Origin: Candidatus Latescibacterota bacterium
GTDB taxonomy: Bacteria > Latescibacterota > UBA2968 > SICM01
NCBI GenBank assembly: GCA_965217865.1
Contig: CBDCJO010000002.1
Location: 3,936,001 to 4,000,000 of the forward strand
Length of the DNA: 64,000 bases
Reading direction: 5' to 3'
A program made the position numbers and the translations under genes. The notes under the pieces are model-generated. The model was not told where the DNA came from. It saw only the letters and a list, made by a program, of their open reading frames with translations, and ran no database searches. This document shows, piece by piece, positions 10,581 to 21,199 of the stretch (position 1 is its first letter; each line of letters begins with the position of its first letter).

Positions 10581-12740
10581 ATGTTTAAGAAACGCGAAGA
10601 CAAATCCCCAAGGACGCACTTTGGGGAGGCGGGCAAGGCCTGGATCAAGATAGAAATCTCCGAGGACGCCCGAAGGGTATTCCTGAGGGAGCTCTGCTTC
10701 GGGGGAGACGCCTCGCTCGGTCTCAACCACATCGTGAAGGCCCTGGCGGACAATTTCCAAATTGTCGCGGGCATCGATGAAGCTGTGCTCGAACGGGTGG
10801 CCAGCCGGGCCCTTGCCGGTCCTTCAAAAAAATATTCCGGACGCGGCGAAGTCGTCATCGCTAGAGAGACACCCGCTGAGTCCGGTAGTGACGGAGAGAT
10901 CCACTATAGATTTCTAGATCTTGTCACAGGGCAGACCCTGCTTCCTTATCCGGGATTGAAGGCGGCCTTTGGACGAACTGATCTGAAGGTTGTCCTCCAG
11001 GATGATCTGCGGGTCCGGGCGGTCACACCCGGTGAGGAATTGGCCGTTATCGTCCCCCCCAGGCAGGCGAAGCCGGGTACGGACATTTACGGCAATATCA
11101 CGACGATGGTATCCGACCCAAAAAAGGCGTACCTGCGAGCCGGCCTTCACGTTAAGTTGGTGGAGGGGCGTTACACCTCCGAGATATACGGCTACGTCTG
11201 CGTGCTGGACGGTGAGATCTCTGTGATTCCCCCTGTCTGGGTCTCTCCGGACTGGATGGAGGCACATTTCATTCACTTCCCCCAGGTTGGGCCGCAACTC
11301 CTCCCCAAAGGAAACTGGTTGGGACAGATACTGAGGTTCAAACAGATCCCACATGAGATCCCAGGACGGGCGGTTAAAAATCTGTGGCGGCATCTCACGG
11401 ATAAACACGAAAAAAAGGGGAGCATCTTGCTAGTCCAAGGCACCAAACCGGTTCGGGGGGAAAATGCCCAACTGGTCGGCAGTCTCTTTTCGAAAACGGA
11501 TGGTGGTGGGAATCTGCAGGACGGGGGGGTGAATTTAAAGGCGTGGAAGGCCCTGGTGGGAGTTAAAAAAGGGGACCTTGTGGCAGAAGTCAAACCCCGT
11601 ACAAAGGGAAAACCCGGGATCAACCTGAAGGGAGAGCAGGTAGCAGCTTTGGACGGGCGGATGTCCAACTTCAAGGCGGGGAAAAACGTTGAAGTCGAAT
11701 TCGAAGGCGAAGATCCGAAGGCTTTTTACGCAAAGATCGACGGAAACAAATATATCGACGGATCGATTGTCGACGTCAACCCGGTTTATCAGATCGAAGG
11801 GGATATTGACGAAAATACGGGCAACATCGACGGGGTCAAAGATCTGGAGATAAGCGGTTCGGTGCGTTCGGGGTTCAGGATCAAGGCCTCAGGAAACATT
11901 ACGATCGCCGGTGTTGTAGAAGGGGGGGCGGTTGTGAGCGCGAAGGGGGATATTGTCGTTGGCGAGGGAATCATTGGTACGAAAACCAAAGTCGTCGCTA
12001 TGGGAAACGTGGAAACCAGAAGCGTTCACGAAAGTTCTATCGTTGCCCGCGGTGACATCGTCGTAAGTGATCATATTTCCAACGGCACAGTCCGATCCGG
12101 CGGAAAGATTATCGTTCAGTCCCGCAACAACAGGGGTGGGAGCATCGTGGGGGGAGAGGTTGTCGCTACTCAGGGGATAGAGGCCGAAAACGTGGGTTCT
12201 CCTGGAGAACACACCGTGATCGGGATTGGACCGGATCTCGAGACAAAAGGGCAGGTGAATAAAGTTCGGAAAGGGATTGCGTTTTGCGAAACGAATATCC
12301 TTCGCATCTTTCGCACGCTTGGCATCCAGAGCCTGGATCCAAAGGAAGTCCAGGTGTTCCTCGGCAAGACGCCGCCGTGGCGAAAAAAACCGATCGTCAC
12401 CCTCCTGATGAAGTTGAAGGAGCTGGTCGCGTACAAGGAAAAGTTGCTCAAGAGTCAGGAGAACCTAAAAATTAAGATCGATCTCGCCCTCAAGGAAACA
12501 GAAATCAAAATCAACGAGATCGCCTACAAAGATGTAGAGATCCGTATCGGGGAGATAACCCGCGCAATCACACAGGATCTGGAGCGGCCGGTGTTCTTCC
12601 TGACAGACGACATCGAATGGCGATTGCAAGACAGAGATCAGGGGTCAGAGGTCGGAGATCTGGGGCCGGGAGAAGATAGACCGGAGTTAGGCGTCGGAGG
12701 TCAGGGATCAGAGGAAATTGAAGATTTAAGATTGAGTTAA
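10581..12740 (+). CDS. FapA/DUF342 family (flagellar assembly protein A-like)
   Basis: PGTDIYG and PGINLKG motifs, GDIDENTGNI...ISGSVRSGFRIKASGNITIAG beta-helix, and a coiled coil. The C-terminal tail runs through heptamer repeats. Start chosen at ATG 10581. Confidence 0.85.
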   Translation: MFKKREDKSPRTHFGEAGKAWIKIEISEDARRVFLRELCFGGDASLGLNHIVKALADNFQIVAGIDEAVLERVASRALAGPSKKYSGRGEVVIARETPAESGSDGEIHYRFLDLVTGQTLLPYPGLKAAFGRTDLKVVLQDDLRVRAVTPGEELAVIVPPRQAKPGTDIYGNITTMVSDPKKAYLRAGLHVKLVEGRYTSEIYGYVCVLDGEISVIPPVWVSPDWMEAHFIHFPQVGPQLLPKGNWLGQILRFKQIPHEIPGRAVKNLWRHLTDKHEKKGSILLVQGTKPVRGENAQLVGSLFSKTDGGGNLQDGGVNLKAWKALVGVKKGDLVAEVKPRTKGKPGINLKGEQVAALDGRMSNFKAGKNVEVEFEGEDPKAFYAKIDGNKYIDGSIVDVNPVYQIEGDIDENTGNIDGVKDLEISGSVRSGFRIKASGNITIAGVVEGGAVVSAKGDIVVGEGIIGTKTKVVAMGNVETRSVHESSIVARGDIVVSDHISNGTVRSGGKIIVQSRNNRGGSIVGGEVVATQGIEAENVGSPGEHTVIGIGPDLETKGQVNKVRKGIAFCETNILRIFRTLGIQSLDPKEVQVFLGKTPPWRKKPIVTLLMKLKELVAYKEKLLKSQENLKIKIDLALKETEIKINEIAYKDVEIRIGEITRAITQDLERPVFFLTDDIEWRLQDRDQGSEVGDLGPGEDRPELGVGGQGSEEIEDLRLS

Positions 12741-12943
12741 GGCCCTTCCGCCTATCCCCACCGGAATACAGAATACAGAATACAGAAGAAAACCTAAATT
12801 CAATTCAGTCGTCAAACGTGAGACGGCAAAAGGTAGTAGCAGGTGGCAGTCGCAGGAAAGGCAAAGCAGGATCAGAGGTCGGAGGTCAGGGGTAGGGGAA
12901 AGTCAAAACCGTTCCGGGCTACAGGCAAAGAAGAGGAATTGCC

Positions 12944-12972
12944 TTGTCTTAGGGGAGGCGTGTTGATAAATT
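12944..12972 (+). promoter_or_regulatory. Putative sigma70 promoter of tRNA-Pro
   Basis: TTGTCT-N17-TAAATT about 60 bp upstream of the tRNA. Confidence 0.5.
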
Positions 12973-13034
12973 TAGTGATGTGTCACTAACCGTGGGCCGA
13001 ACGTTGGTCTCGTGACTTTTGACGCCGGTTTTTT

Positions 13035-13111
13035 CGGGGTGTGGCGCAGTTCGGTAGCGCACCTGCTTTGGGAGCAGGGGGCCGCCGGTTCAAATCCGGC
13101 CACCCCGACCA
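13035..13111 (+). tRNA. tRNA-Pro (anticodon TGG)
   Basis: CGGGGTG/CACCCCG acceptor stem, CCTGC-TT TGG GA-GCAGG anticodon arm, GGTTCAAATCC T-loop, encoded CCA. Confidence 0.97.
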
Positions 13112-13228
13112 CTATAACATAAACGGGCAGAGCCAAATACAAGGAGAAAAAACCCTTGTGATTCTGCCCGTTTTTTTTATAAAATCTAACGGAGATACAC
13201 CAGGAGGAAGAAGGAAAGGCCAAGACTC

Positions 13229-14382
13229 ATGGACAGGACGACTCACGCTGCGGTAATGGTTCGACCGGGCAAGATCGAGATCCAGGAGTTCCCTTTTCCA
13301 GAGTTGGAAGAAGGGGCTGCGCTTCTCAAGGTTGAAATCTGCGGGATCTGTGGCACCGATAAGCACACGTGGCGGGGTGAAACCATCCAGTACGCCGGAA
13401 CCGAAGCGGAATCCGACACGCCGTTCCCAATCATTCCCGGCCACGAGGTGGTGGGTATCATCGCCGAGGTCAACGACCGGAAACGACCCCGCTTCGATTT
13501 CAACGGCGAGGCCCTGAAGGCAGGAGATCGCGTTGCCTTGTGTCCGGATGTGGTGTGCGGGGAATGTTACCACTGCCGGCATACTTTTGCTTTTCCCTGG
13601 TGCGATAACCTGCGCGGTTATGGAAATGCCTTTACCTCCGTGGAGCCGCCCCATCTTTTCGGGGGTTGGGCCGAAACTATGTACATTCTCCCCAGCGCCT
13701 TCCTGTATAAGGTCCCCGACGATCTGCCCCTGCGCGTAGCTGTCATGGTGGAATTGATGGCCGTCAGCTATAACCTGGATAAAACCAAAGAATTCTTCAC
13801 CCTCTCAGGTGAGGGGTTTGCGACCGGGGATCTGGTTGTGATTCAGGGAGCCGGACCGATGGGCATCTGCCATATCATCAAGGCGCGGGTAATGGGTGCC
13901 GGCGAGATTGTGGCGACGGATCAGTCGGACTATCGTCTGGCACTTGCCAGGGAGTTTGGTGCCGACCACACCCTCAATGTCAACCGGACAACCGAGGAAG
14001 AGCGGATCGAGTTCGTCCGTTCACATACGCAAGGGCGGGGTGCGGACATTGTGGTGGATTGTGCGGGCGTGGCAAAGGTCGTCCCGGAGGGACTGGAGAT
14101 GCTGCGTAAAGGGGGCATCTACGTGGAAGCGGGAAATTTCGTCGAGACCGGGGAGGTAGCGCTCAGTCCCCACCGGCACTTTTGCGCGAAGAATGTCCGT
14201 CTGATCGGCATGACCAACCATCCCTTTACCGGCTATACGCCAGCATGAAGCTGATGCAGAGATACGCCGAACGTTTCCCGTTTCAGAAATTCGTGACACA
14301 CGAATATCCTCTCGTTGACACTGAGCAAGCGTTGCTGAGGTCGATGGAGACAGATTGTATGAAGGTGGTCGTCGTGCCCTGA
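13229..14382 (+). CDS. Zn-dependent alcohol/polyol dehydrogenase (MDR), frameshift near 14243
   Basis: CGICGTD, GHE, CGECYHC and GAGPMG motifs. The C-terminus (MKLMQRY...KVVVVP) is in another frame. Confidence 0.85.
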
Positions 14383-14563
14383 TTCATAAGCTTTCCCTTT
14401 GCCCGCAATAACCTTGGGCTAACCTGTAATCGAGGATTTAAGAAGCCCAACTTATTTGCGTTGACTCCCTCGATCGGAATATTATATTGATTTGCATTAT
14501 CATGAATGTGGAATGGCTACGCGTTAAGTAAAATATTTATGGTAAAGAGGAGGTGATGTCGGT

Positions 14564-15181
14564 ATCAGAAACTATAAAGTTTGGTATCTCGCTGTTTTCT
14601 TAACCACGGGAATCATCTTGTCCTCTCAGGTTTCTCGGGCGCGCGCGAAAGATCTCTTTCCCCAGTTCGAGACATTTAGTTTTACGGCGGCTAGCCCTAA
14701 AATAAGCGAATAGGCTTGTTGAGCGGTGTGTTATACAAGATTTCGGAGCATTTCAGACTTGTGACTTGGTGGAGATGATGTCTGGGCTGTTTTTGTGATT
14801 GTTTCGGCATGCGATTGTCTAATTAACTGAGTTTGCGGACGTGTTTTAGCCGGGGTGGACGGACTTGTCCCTGTGATGTTACGACGACAGGTGCTGACAT
14901 GGCAGTCTGAAATGCCCCTTTTTGATGGCCTCTTTTTGTCTTTCATACTACAACTATAGGCCTGAAAACTGGGGCATTTCAACTTTTTTCTACTAAAACC
15001 AAGAAAAATTCACGCTTGTATAGGGGCTAGCGAAGTGCGTACGGGAACGCGATTCGTGCCTTTCAGTTTTACGGCGGCTGACGAGACCCGTACTGGTGTA
15101 ATTGAAGAGAAGCCGAAGACGCAACGGGAGAAGGAGGACCCGGGTAGGAAAGGAAAATATAGAAGGCAGCGAAAGCGCTGA
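14564..15181 (+). pseudogene. Small secreted protein with an internal FSFTAA-E-RTG repeat, split by a 340-bp element
   Basis: Removing the 14691-15030 insert (keeping one CTAG) restores NYKVWYLAVFLTTGIILSSQVSRARA KDLFPQFETFSFTAASEVRTGTRFVPFSFTAADETRTG...KR*. AGGAGGT SD present, but ATC sits at the expected start. Confidence 0.6.
14691..15030. mobile_element. Non-autonomous IS remnant/MITE with CTAG target duplication
   Basis: CTAG at both ends; imperfect IRs CTAGCCCTAAAATAAGCG / CGCTTGTATAGGGGCTAG; excision restores an ORF. Confidence 0.7.
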
Positions 15182-15579
15182 AGTTGCGATTACATTTCAA
15201 GATAAAAAGCAACTTTCGCGCTATAGTCGAGATGCCCAACGGGAGGTAATGAAAATGAGAAAGGTTAAGAAAATTCGTTTCACACATGTGGCCTTTGCGG
15301 TAACGTTTGCGATCGGGATAAGTGTTTTTTCGACACCGGCGGTCGCTCAAAATGATATCAGGGCTACCGTTCCGGTCCATCTCCGAAACGTTCATCCAGA
15401 TGTCGTAGAGTGCTATATGTCGGTTGCGGTGGGCCACTATGGACCAGGAGAAGGAGCTGAGTCTGAGTGGTATGCGAGGGCGGTTACTCAACTTGACTAC
15501 GACCCAAGCGGGAACGGTAGCTTTGACGGGGATGTGGTCGTAACAATCGATCTCAGGCAAGTCTATATCGGCAATGACC

Positions 15580-15779
15580 CTAGTGTCGTGTCCCAGAAGT
15601 TCCTTACAAAAGAAAGTCTCCAAAAACGTAGCGGTGGCTGTCATTTTGATCGAGAGCGAGCGAGCGAAGAACGCACCAACTGTCTGATAGTTCGGGACAT
15701 AGAGATCCTTCGCTCCGTTCAGGGTTTACAGACCGCTATCCGAGAAATTATTGAAGGAATTTCCGGGACACGACACTAG
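15580..15779 (+). mobile_element. 200-bp MITE copy 1 (ISAzo13-like ends)
   Basis: IR CTAGTGTCGTGTCCC...GGGACACGACACTAG; a second, inverted copy lies at 22196-22394. Family assigned from recalled end sequence only. Confidence 0.85.
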
Positions 15780-17305
15780 CAGCCCGTTGAAGAACTACCT
15801 TTCAACGCACATAAACGGAAAAGACGCCTGGAGTGCGGGTCGGATAAATCAAGGTAAGGAGATTGAGCAGGAGACGCTGATAAGAGGTTAAAAAGGTGAC
15901 CGAGGGCAGCAAACGTGATTGTAGGACGAGCAGTAGACGCTGCAAGGCCTTGGCCAGGTCCTGGAGGGCCTTCGGAGTACCTACGCCCATCACTTTGCGC
16001 ATGAGCAGAGCCAGGTTGCAGCCCCCGATGTGGATCAGCAAACGCTTGAGGATATTGCCGCGGTCTCTCAAGTGCAACCTGCGCATGCCACCGGTATCAT
16101 ATGTGTGAGCGATGGTTCTTTCCACCCGTTCTGCACGACTTCGGCGCAAGGCCTTGCCGCGATCTCCCTTGATCCGGCGTCGATTCGCATATACCGCGGC
16201 CTGCTCATCTCGTCGGCCGTTCCACTTGCGGCGTCCCCGATCCGGTTCTGAAATGTAACTCCGGATGCCGCCTTGCTTCAGACTGGTCAATACATCGTTG
16301 CTATGATATCCTTTGTCCGCAACCACCTCCCGTATACGCTGTCTGTGCAAACGTTTGGCAGCTTTTTCGTCCTTCGCGACCTGCTTGAGATTGAGCTGCG
16401 CCTCGAGCAGCGTCCAGGGCAACGACTCGGTATCTCCTTCATCTGCTCCCGACAACGCCACTGCCACAATGGCATTGGTGTCCAGATCCACCGCGTGCTC
16501 CACCTTGTGCGCCATGTGCGTGCGACCGTCCTTCATCTTAGCGATCTTGGCATCCGGGTCGTGCGGGTGCTCCCAGTCCTGGTTCGATCCCTTCTTCGGT
16601 CGCTTCTTATCGATCTTGGACAAGTCCTCGCGGGTAGGCGTTTCAATGCCCGAGGCCTTGGCCAGATTCTCAAGGAATGCCTGGTAGCCTTCACCCGTGT
16701 CACGGCGTACAATGCTGCGCATCGCGGCGTTGGCCTCCAGTGTCGTAGCATCCACGCCCAACGTCTTCCCCTTCACCAGACCCGCTTTGCACAAGACCCT
16801 CAGGATCCACTTGAAAACCGCTTCGTGAACTTCCAAGGGAAGCCGATGCCGGATGCGAGACAGGCTGGAATGATCCGGGGTCTGTTCGTCAAGGGCATAC
16901 CCCAAAAACCGGCGCAACGTCAGCGAGTCAGATACACGCCATTCGATCCCACGTTCCGAATCAAGTCCCTCGAAATACCCAATCAAAAGCATCCGAAAAT
17001 AAACCCCGGGCGGAATGCCCTTGCGACCCATATGAGGAGCGTAATACCGCTGGCAAAGCCCCTCGACGAACTCGTCGAAGCCGTTCGCCCCCAATACCTG
17101 ATTCAGCTTCTCGTAGAACGGATGACCCGGAGATTTCACCAAAGTGTTCGATGCGATGAACAGGTTTTCCTGTCTCTGTCGTCCTCGTTTTCCCATTGCC
17201 ATTTGCTTGTCCTCCCTTCTCAGTTTGAACCTGATATATCATAGGACCAAACCACAAGGAAAGACAACAGTCATCTTGGCATAAACGCACTTTTTCAACA
17301 GGCTG
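15780..17305 (-). mobile_element. IS5/IS1182-family element, copy 1 (1526 bp)
   Basis: IRs CAGCCCGTTGAAGAA / TTTTTCAACAGGCTG, with CTAG on both sides (15776-79, 17306-09). Confidence 0.93.
15802..17202 (-). CDS. DDE transposase (DUF772 N-terminus; IS5/IS1182)
   Basis: GIPPGVYFRMLLIGY...SER, PDHSSLSR, VDAT, ADKGY, VERTIA motifs. Confidence 0.95.
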   Translation of the reverse strand: MAMGKRGRQRQENLFIASNTLVKSPGHPFYEKLNQVLGANGFDEFVEGLCQRYYAPHMGRKGIPPGVYFRMLLIGYFEGLDSERGIEWRVSDSLTLRRFLGYALDEQTPDHSSLSRIRHRLPLEVHEAVFKWILRVLCKAGLVKGKTLGVDATTLEANAAMRSIVRRDTGEGYQAFLENLAKASGIETPTREDLSKIDKKRPKKGSNQDWEHPHDPDAKIAKMKDGRTHMAHKVEHAVDLDTNAIVAVALSGADEGDTESLPWTLLEAQLNLKQVAKDEKAAKRLHRQRIREVVADKGYHSNDVLTSLKQGGIRSYISEPDRGRRKWNGRRDEQAAVYANRRRIKGDRGKALRRSRAERVERTIAHTYDTGGMRRLHLRDRGNILKRLLIHIGGCNLALLMRKVMGVGTPKALQDLAKALQRLLLVLQSRLLPSVTFLTSYQRLLLNLLTLIYPTRTPGVFSVYVR

Positions 17306-17584
17306 CTAGGGGTGAACAGCCTAGTGGTAGGAATAGTGACTACGCTTACGAAGACCTAAAGGCAGAGAATTTCGACCATTACTACGTGCGATTTTCGGTA
17401 GTTCATTCCAACGGGGAAGGAAGAAATATGAACGATTCACCAAACACTCCAGCGTGGGCAAAATGTGAAGAACGTATGGAGCGCATCCAAGAAATTGTAA
17501 AAGATCCGTCGGGGGGAACGAAGCTTTACCGGTGATAATCAGGTGTGTTCCCACGCTGGTTAGGTTGCAAGCCATCCAAATTGC

Positions 17585-17765
17585 TCAAGGGTGTTGTTGT
17601 CGTGGAGTTGCGCGCCGATGGTAGAGGAGACCTTCCAGGTCCCCTACATTCGGCAGCAGCTCATTGAATAGGATCAACACGTCCTCCCCAACACGGGTGA
17701 GGCTGTTCAACCCCTCCAAATTTGTCAGCGCCGCATTGCGCTCGATCTGTAGTCCCTGCTCAGAT
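17585..17765 (-). pseudogene. Fragment of a receptor-L-domain/LRR-like repeat protein
   Basis: LQIERNAALTNLEGLNSLTRVG pattern; no complete ORF. Confidence 0.4.
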
Positions 17766-17766
17766 T

Positions 17767-19410
17767 CTATCTCCATTCGTCGACTGAGACTGTCTTCTGG
17801 TAGTCGCATCCCATGATCCGCCAGTATCCGTTCGTCTCTCCGCCGACTACGACGACGTGAATGTCGTTATGGCGATACATTGGTATCAACTCATCGTCCT
17901 TTGCTTGAAGCTTGGTTGCATAGGGTTCCACCCCCTTCAAGGCTTGCGGATAGATGTAGTTCTGGGTAAGCTGATAGTCCCAGTAGACCCCGGCGGGCAT
18001 TGTGGCATTGTCGTGGATCCAGTCGATCAGTTTCTCCTTCGTATCGAATCCGGCCCGGTCTATAAATTGTCTCGCCGTAATGGGGTCCAGTATCAGGGTC
18101 GGCGGATTGAGGGGATTCATACCGCGGAGCATGTTCTTCACGTGCTCACGCCAATGCTTCTCCCGCAGTCCAAGACTGAATGAGGTCGATCGGCAGCCGG
18201 AAAATACGCTGACTGCGCTGTCCTCAGGTTTAAATCCGTGCTGCACGTGGAACGGCTCCCACGGACTCCCCTCCTCATTCTCTGCAAAGGTGACGCTGTT
18301 GTATGCATAGTTGTTGCCCTGCGAACCCATGTAGGTTTTTCCGGCGACGGACCCACCCTGAAGGTTCTGGGACAGCAGGCTATAGGCCCTACCCACCGTC
18401 GCGTTTGCGTGATTATACGGACCCATCGCACCGGTTCCCCAGTTCATCCCGATCTCGCGGCGGACCGGTCCGTTCACGACCGCCATGGCGGCGCTTGAGC
18501 TCGTCGTGCTGTGCCGCGCGGACGCCTCGGTCGAGGCCACGGCAAGGATAAGGGGGAAATAATCGGGTCGTGCCCCTGCCATCACGGCATTGACGGCGAC
18601 CTTCTCAACGGTGTACTCCCAGGCCTCCCTCACCAACGTCGGTCTCATTTGCCCGACCACCTCATCCGGGCGACGGCTGGTCCCGGCCAACATCGTCTCA
18701 ACCTTCTCCGGGGTGGGAAGGACGATCGGCAACCTGTCTGTCCACTCATTCTGGAGGAAGAGGCGATGGAGGTTCTCTTCGGTATCCGGTTCGACAAACC
18801 TCGGGGTGGACCGCTCGAACCCGACCTGTTTTTTATCCTCTTCACTTAACGGCCGGGTGAGTGCGTCTATAACTTCTTCCATGACAGGCCGACCCGTAAT
18901 CGGGTCTTTTCCATCCACGTAGGCTCTCAATTCCGCCGGGGACTTGCCCATGACGGGTTGGGGGACGAACACAAAACGCTGGCGGGGCATTCCTTTTGCG
19001 TAAGCGACCTGGTCGACCACGTCCTTGAAGGATTCGGTCTGAATAGATGCCGTCGGGACCCCATACTCGCTTTCAAGAGTGATGCACTGCTCGGCGACCG
19101 CCGGCGCACACGTGCTTCAGTGGCCAACGGCGACGATTGCCGCATCTCCCCTTTCCCGGATCTCTTCGTAGAGTTCCGGGTCGCGTTCGGTGTATACGCC
19201 GGACTTACGCCTTACTTCCGTGTTCACCTGAGACATCTGTTCGGCGAACCAGGCCTGCATCTGCTGGATCAGGATGTCGCCGTCATCGAAGCGGCAGTCG
19301 ACCAGGTAGACGGTTTTGCCATCCAGGACTTCCGGACGTTCCGCCATCCCCAGCTGCTTTATCACAGGGGGATAGCCCATCGGGTTCATCACCCGGATTT
19401 TCTCGCTCAT
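17767..19410 (-). CDS. UGSC-family-like selenoprotein fusion (547 aa, Sec at codon 98 in GHUSTC)
   Basis: ORFs 19117-19410 and 17767-19020 are in one frame, separated only by TGA (19117-19119). Readthrough gives UxxC, and a SECIS-like hairpin follows. Confidence 0.85.
19084..19115 (-). promoter_or_regulatory. Putative bacterial SECIS element
   Basis: GCAC-GTG-TGC-GC-CGGC-[GGTC]-GCCG-A-GCA-GTGC stem-loop; the apical loop starts with G, 17 nt after the UGA. Confidence 0.7.
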
Positions 19411-19427
19411 ATACTTCTCCCCTTATG

Positions 19428-20156
19428 TCACCGTCCGTTCGCATCTATCCACAGAACGCGAATAACCAGTCGGTTATCGTGGTAGTGTGGGCGCTCTGAA
19501 CGGCCTGCAATCGAAAATCCCCAGGATTCAACAATCTCCTCCACAGAATGTTCCGTGGTTTCCTCGTTGTGTGTCCCGATGATCAGGCGGCCTTCGATGT
19601 CGACGACATCGCACAGCAGACGTTCAAGCATGTCCCGCCCCCGCCGTTCCGGGACATATTCGAGTCCGGTTCGTACGAAATCAAAGCGTTTCGGCGGATT
19701 CCAGTAAAGCACGTTGCCGACGTAAATCCGGTCCATCCACTTGGGCAGACGGCGGCGTGCGAGGTCGGCCAGCTCAGGGGCGATGTCGAGACCATACGGT
19801 TCGATTTCCATCCCTGCTTCCCAAGCCCATCTCTGAATACTCTCCATCAGATATCCACTGGCGCATCCGACATCCAGGAATGTCCCGTTTCCATCGACGG
19901 CGTCGAGTATCAGGCTGCGGGCATGGGTCCAATGGACGTCATCGCCGCTGTGTCCCGACTGGGCACGCGGATTTTCGCCGGCCAGATAGGCCGGCGTGAT
20001 GACGGCGGCTCCTTTCCGGTACCATTCTGCTTCGCCAATTTCGCCCCTTTCCAAGGCGGCATTATGATCCTCGAGGAGTTTATAGGCCCGGTTCTTGGCT
20101 TCTTTGATCGGTTTCTGAGGCATTTTTTTATTGCCGCGGTTCAAAGCCGTACCCAT
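19428..20156 (-). CDS. Class I SAM-dependent methyltransferase
   Basis: FLDVGCASG, YGLDIA and FDFV motifs; the true start may be 20123. Confidence 0.85.
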   Translation of the reverse strand: MGTALNRGNKKMPQKPIKEAKNRAYKLLEDHNAALERGEIGEAEWYRKGAAVITPAYLAGENPRAQSGHSGDDVHWTHARSLILDAVDGNGTFLDVGCASGYLMESIQRWAWEAGMEIEPYGLDIAPELADLARRRLPKWMDRIYVGNVLYWNPPKRFDFVRTGLEYVPERRGRDMLERLLCDVVDIEGRLIIGTHNEETTEHSVEEIVESWGFSIAGRSERPHYHDNRLVIRVLWIDANGR

Positions 20157-20471
20157 ACAGTCAACATTCGAAGAACATCATCCTCCACCCGGACAGGCGC
20201 ATCCCACCTTTCATAACAAGAAGCATATCGAAGGTGTTCTGGGTGCGGAATACGCGGGGTGGAGGAGAAGGGATAATGCCTTACCGGATATGACAAAAAA
20301 ACAATTGACTTTTTAAGAGAATAGGATATATTATCCCGCGAATGGAAGAATGTTGTTTCTGTTTCCTGTGCGATCGATCTAAGAAAGGCGACTTGGCAAG
20401 GATCAGAAGTTCCGATTCTTGCCTTTTTCTTTTGTCCAGAAATTTCAAAAACAGAAAGGTGGTGAAGACAG

Positions 20472-20672
20472 TTGCCAGAAGGCAGAGTGAAGTGGTTTAA
20501 CGATAGCAAAGGCTACGGCTTTATCGAGCAGGACGGTGGGGAAGATGTGTTTGTCCATTTTTCCGCGATCCAGGGCGACGGATTTAAGTCGTTGGTCGAG
20601 GGTGACAGTGTCGAATTCGAAATCGCTCAAGGCCCCAAGGGGCTCCAGGCCGCCAATGTGGTAAAGCGATAA
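20472..20672 (+). CDS. cspA: Cold-shock protein
   Basis: [15 protein letters not shown]...DVFVHFSAI; TTG start after an AGGTGGTG SD; long 5' leader. Confidence 0.97.
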   Translation: MPEGRVKWFNDSKGYGFIEQDGGEDVFVHFSAIQGDGFKSLVEGDSVEFEIAQGPKGLQAANVVKR

Positions 20673-20697
20673 ATTACGCCATCATTAAGCTATTTGT

Positions 20698-20734
20698 AAG
20701 GGTGTCATCTTTTCTCAGATGGCACCCTTTTTTG
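20698..20734 (+). terminator. Intrinsic terminator after csp
   Basis: AAGGGTGTCATCT...AGATGGCACCCTT followed by a T-run. Confidence 0.85.
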
Positions 20735-20764
20735 TGTTTTTAAGTTTACGGTCCGATGGTCCTG

Positions 20765-21199
20765 TCATTCACGCTTCTGCATTTTCTCCAATTCCCTTTT
20801 GGTCCTGGCATGGGCTTTGAACATTTCGGACCGGACTGCCGGCATGATATCTTCCGTGTAGTCTCCGAAGTTTTCCATCGCCGAATGGCCCACGGACGAC
20901 TCGTGAAAATCGGCCAGGGCTCTCAACTCTTCGGCCGTGAAATGCTTGAGCAGCCCGGCGACCATCACCTTTTCCAATGCATTGCTGTTGAAATGTTTGG
21001 TCATCAGATCTTTGAAAATCGCCCGCTGGTCCGGAGGTAGTTTTACCGCCATCTTTTCAAGCATCTTTTCAAGCATCTTTTTTGGCGACACCGTCTTCAG
21101 GTAACGGCCAGCCTGTTGAGACCTGTTCTCCGCCGTGTCATCCAGTGCGCACGCCGTCAACAAGGCAAAGATAAGCGGGGTAAAGAGGAATTTCTTCAT
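20765..21199 (-). CDS. DUF2059-like lipoprotein
   Basis: Lipobox LTAC; HFTAEELRALADFHESSVG motif. Confidence 0.75.
   Translation of the reverse strand: MKKFLFTPLIFALLTACALDDTAENRSQQAGRYLKTVSPKKMLEKMLEKMAVKLPPDQRAIFKDLMTKHFNSNALEKVMVAGLLKHFTAEELRALADFHESSVGHSAMENFGDYTEDIMPAVRSEMFKAHARTKRELEKMQKRE

Larger units (their letters stand above)
15255..17535 (+). pseudogene. Secreted hypothetical protein interrupted by MITE + IS
   Basis: Signal peptide MRKVKKIRF...PAVA. The frame resumes after the IS (DP-RGEQPSGRNSDYAYEDL...KLYR*, stop 17533-17535). Confidence 0.7.

Noticed and set aside
13035-13111. tRNA-Pro as integration site of an island
   Set aside because: No integrase and no duplicated tRNA 3' end seen in the window.
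15102-15779. 225-aa ORF as a real full-length protein
   Set aside because: Its C-terminal part is translated MITE sequence; the true C-terminus lies beyond the IS.
21051-21082. 12-bp tandem repeat (MLEK x2) in the DUF2059 gene
   Set aside because: Short in-frame duplication with no evidence of phase variation.
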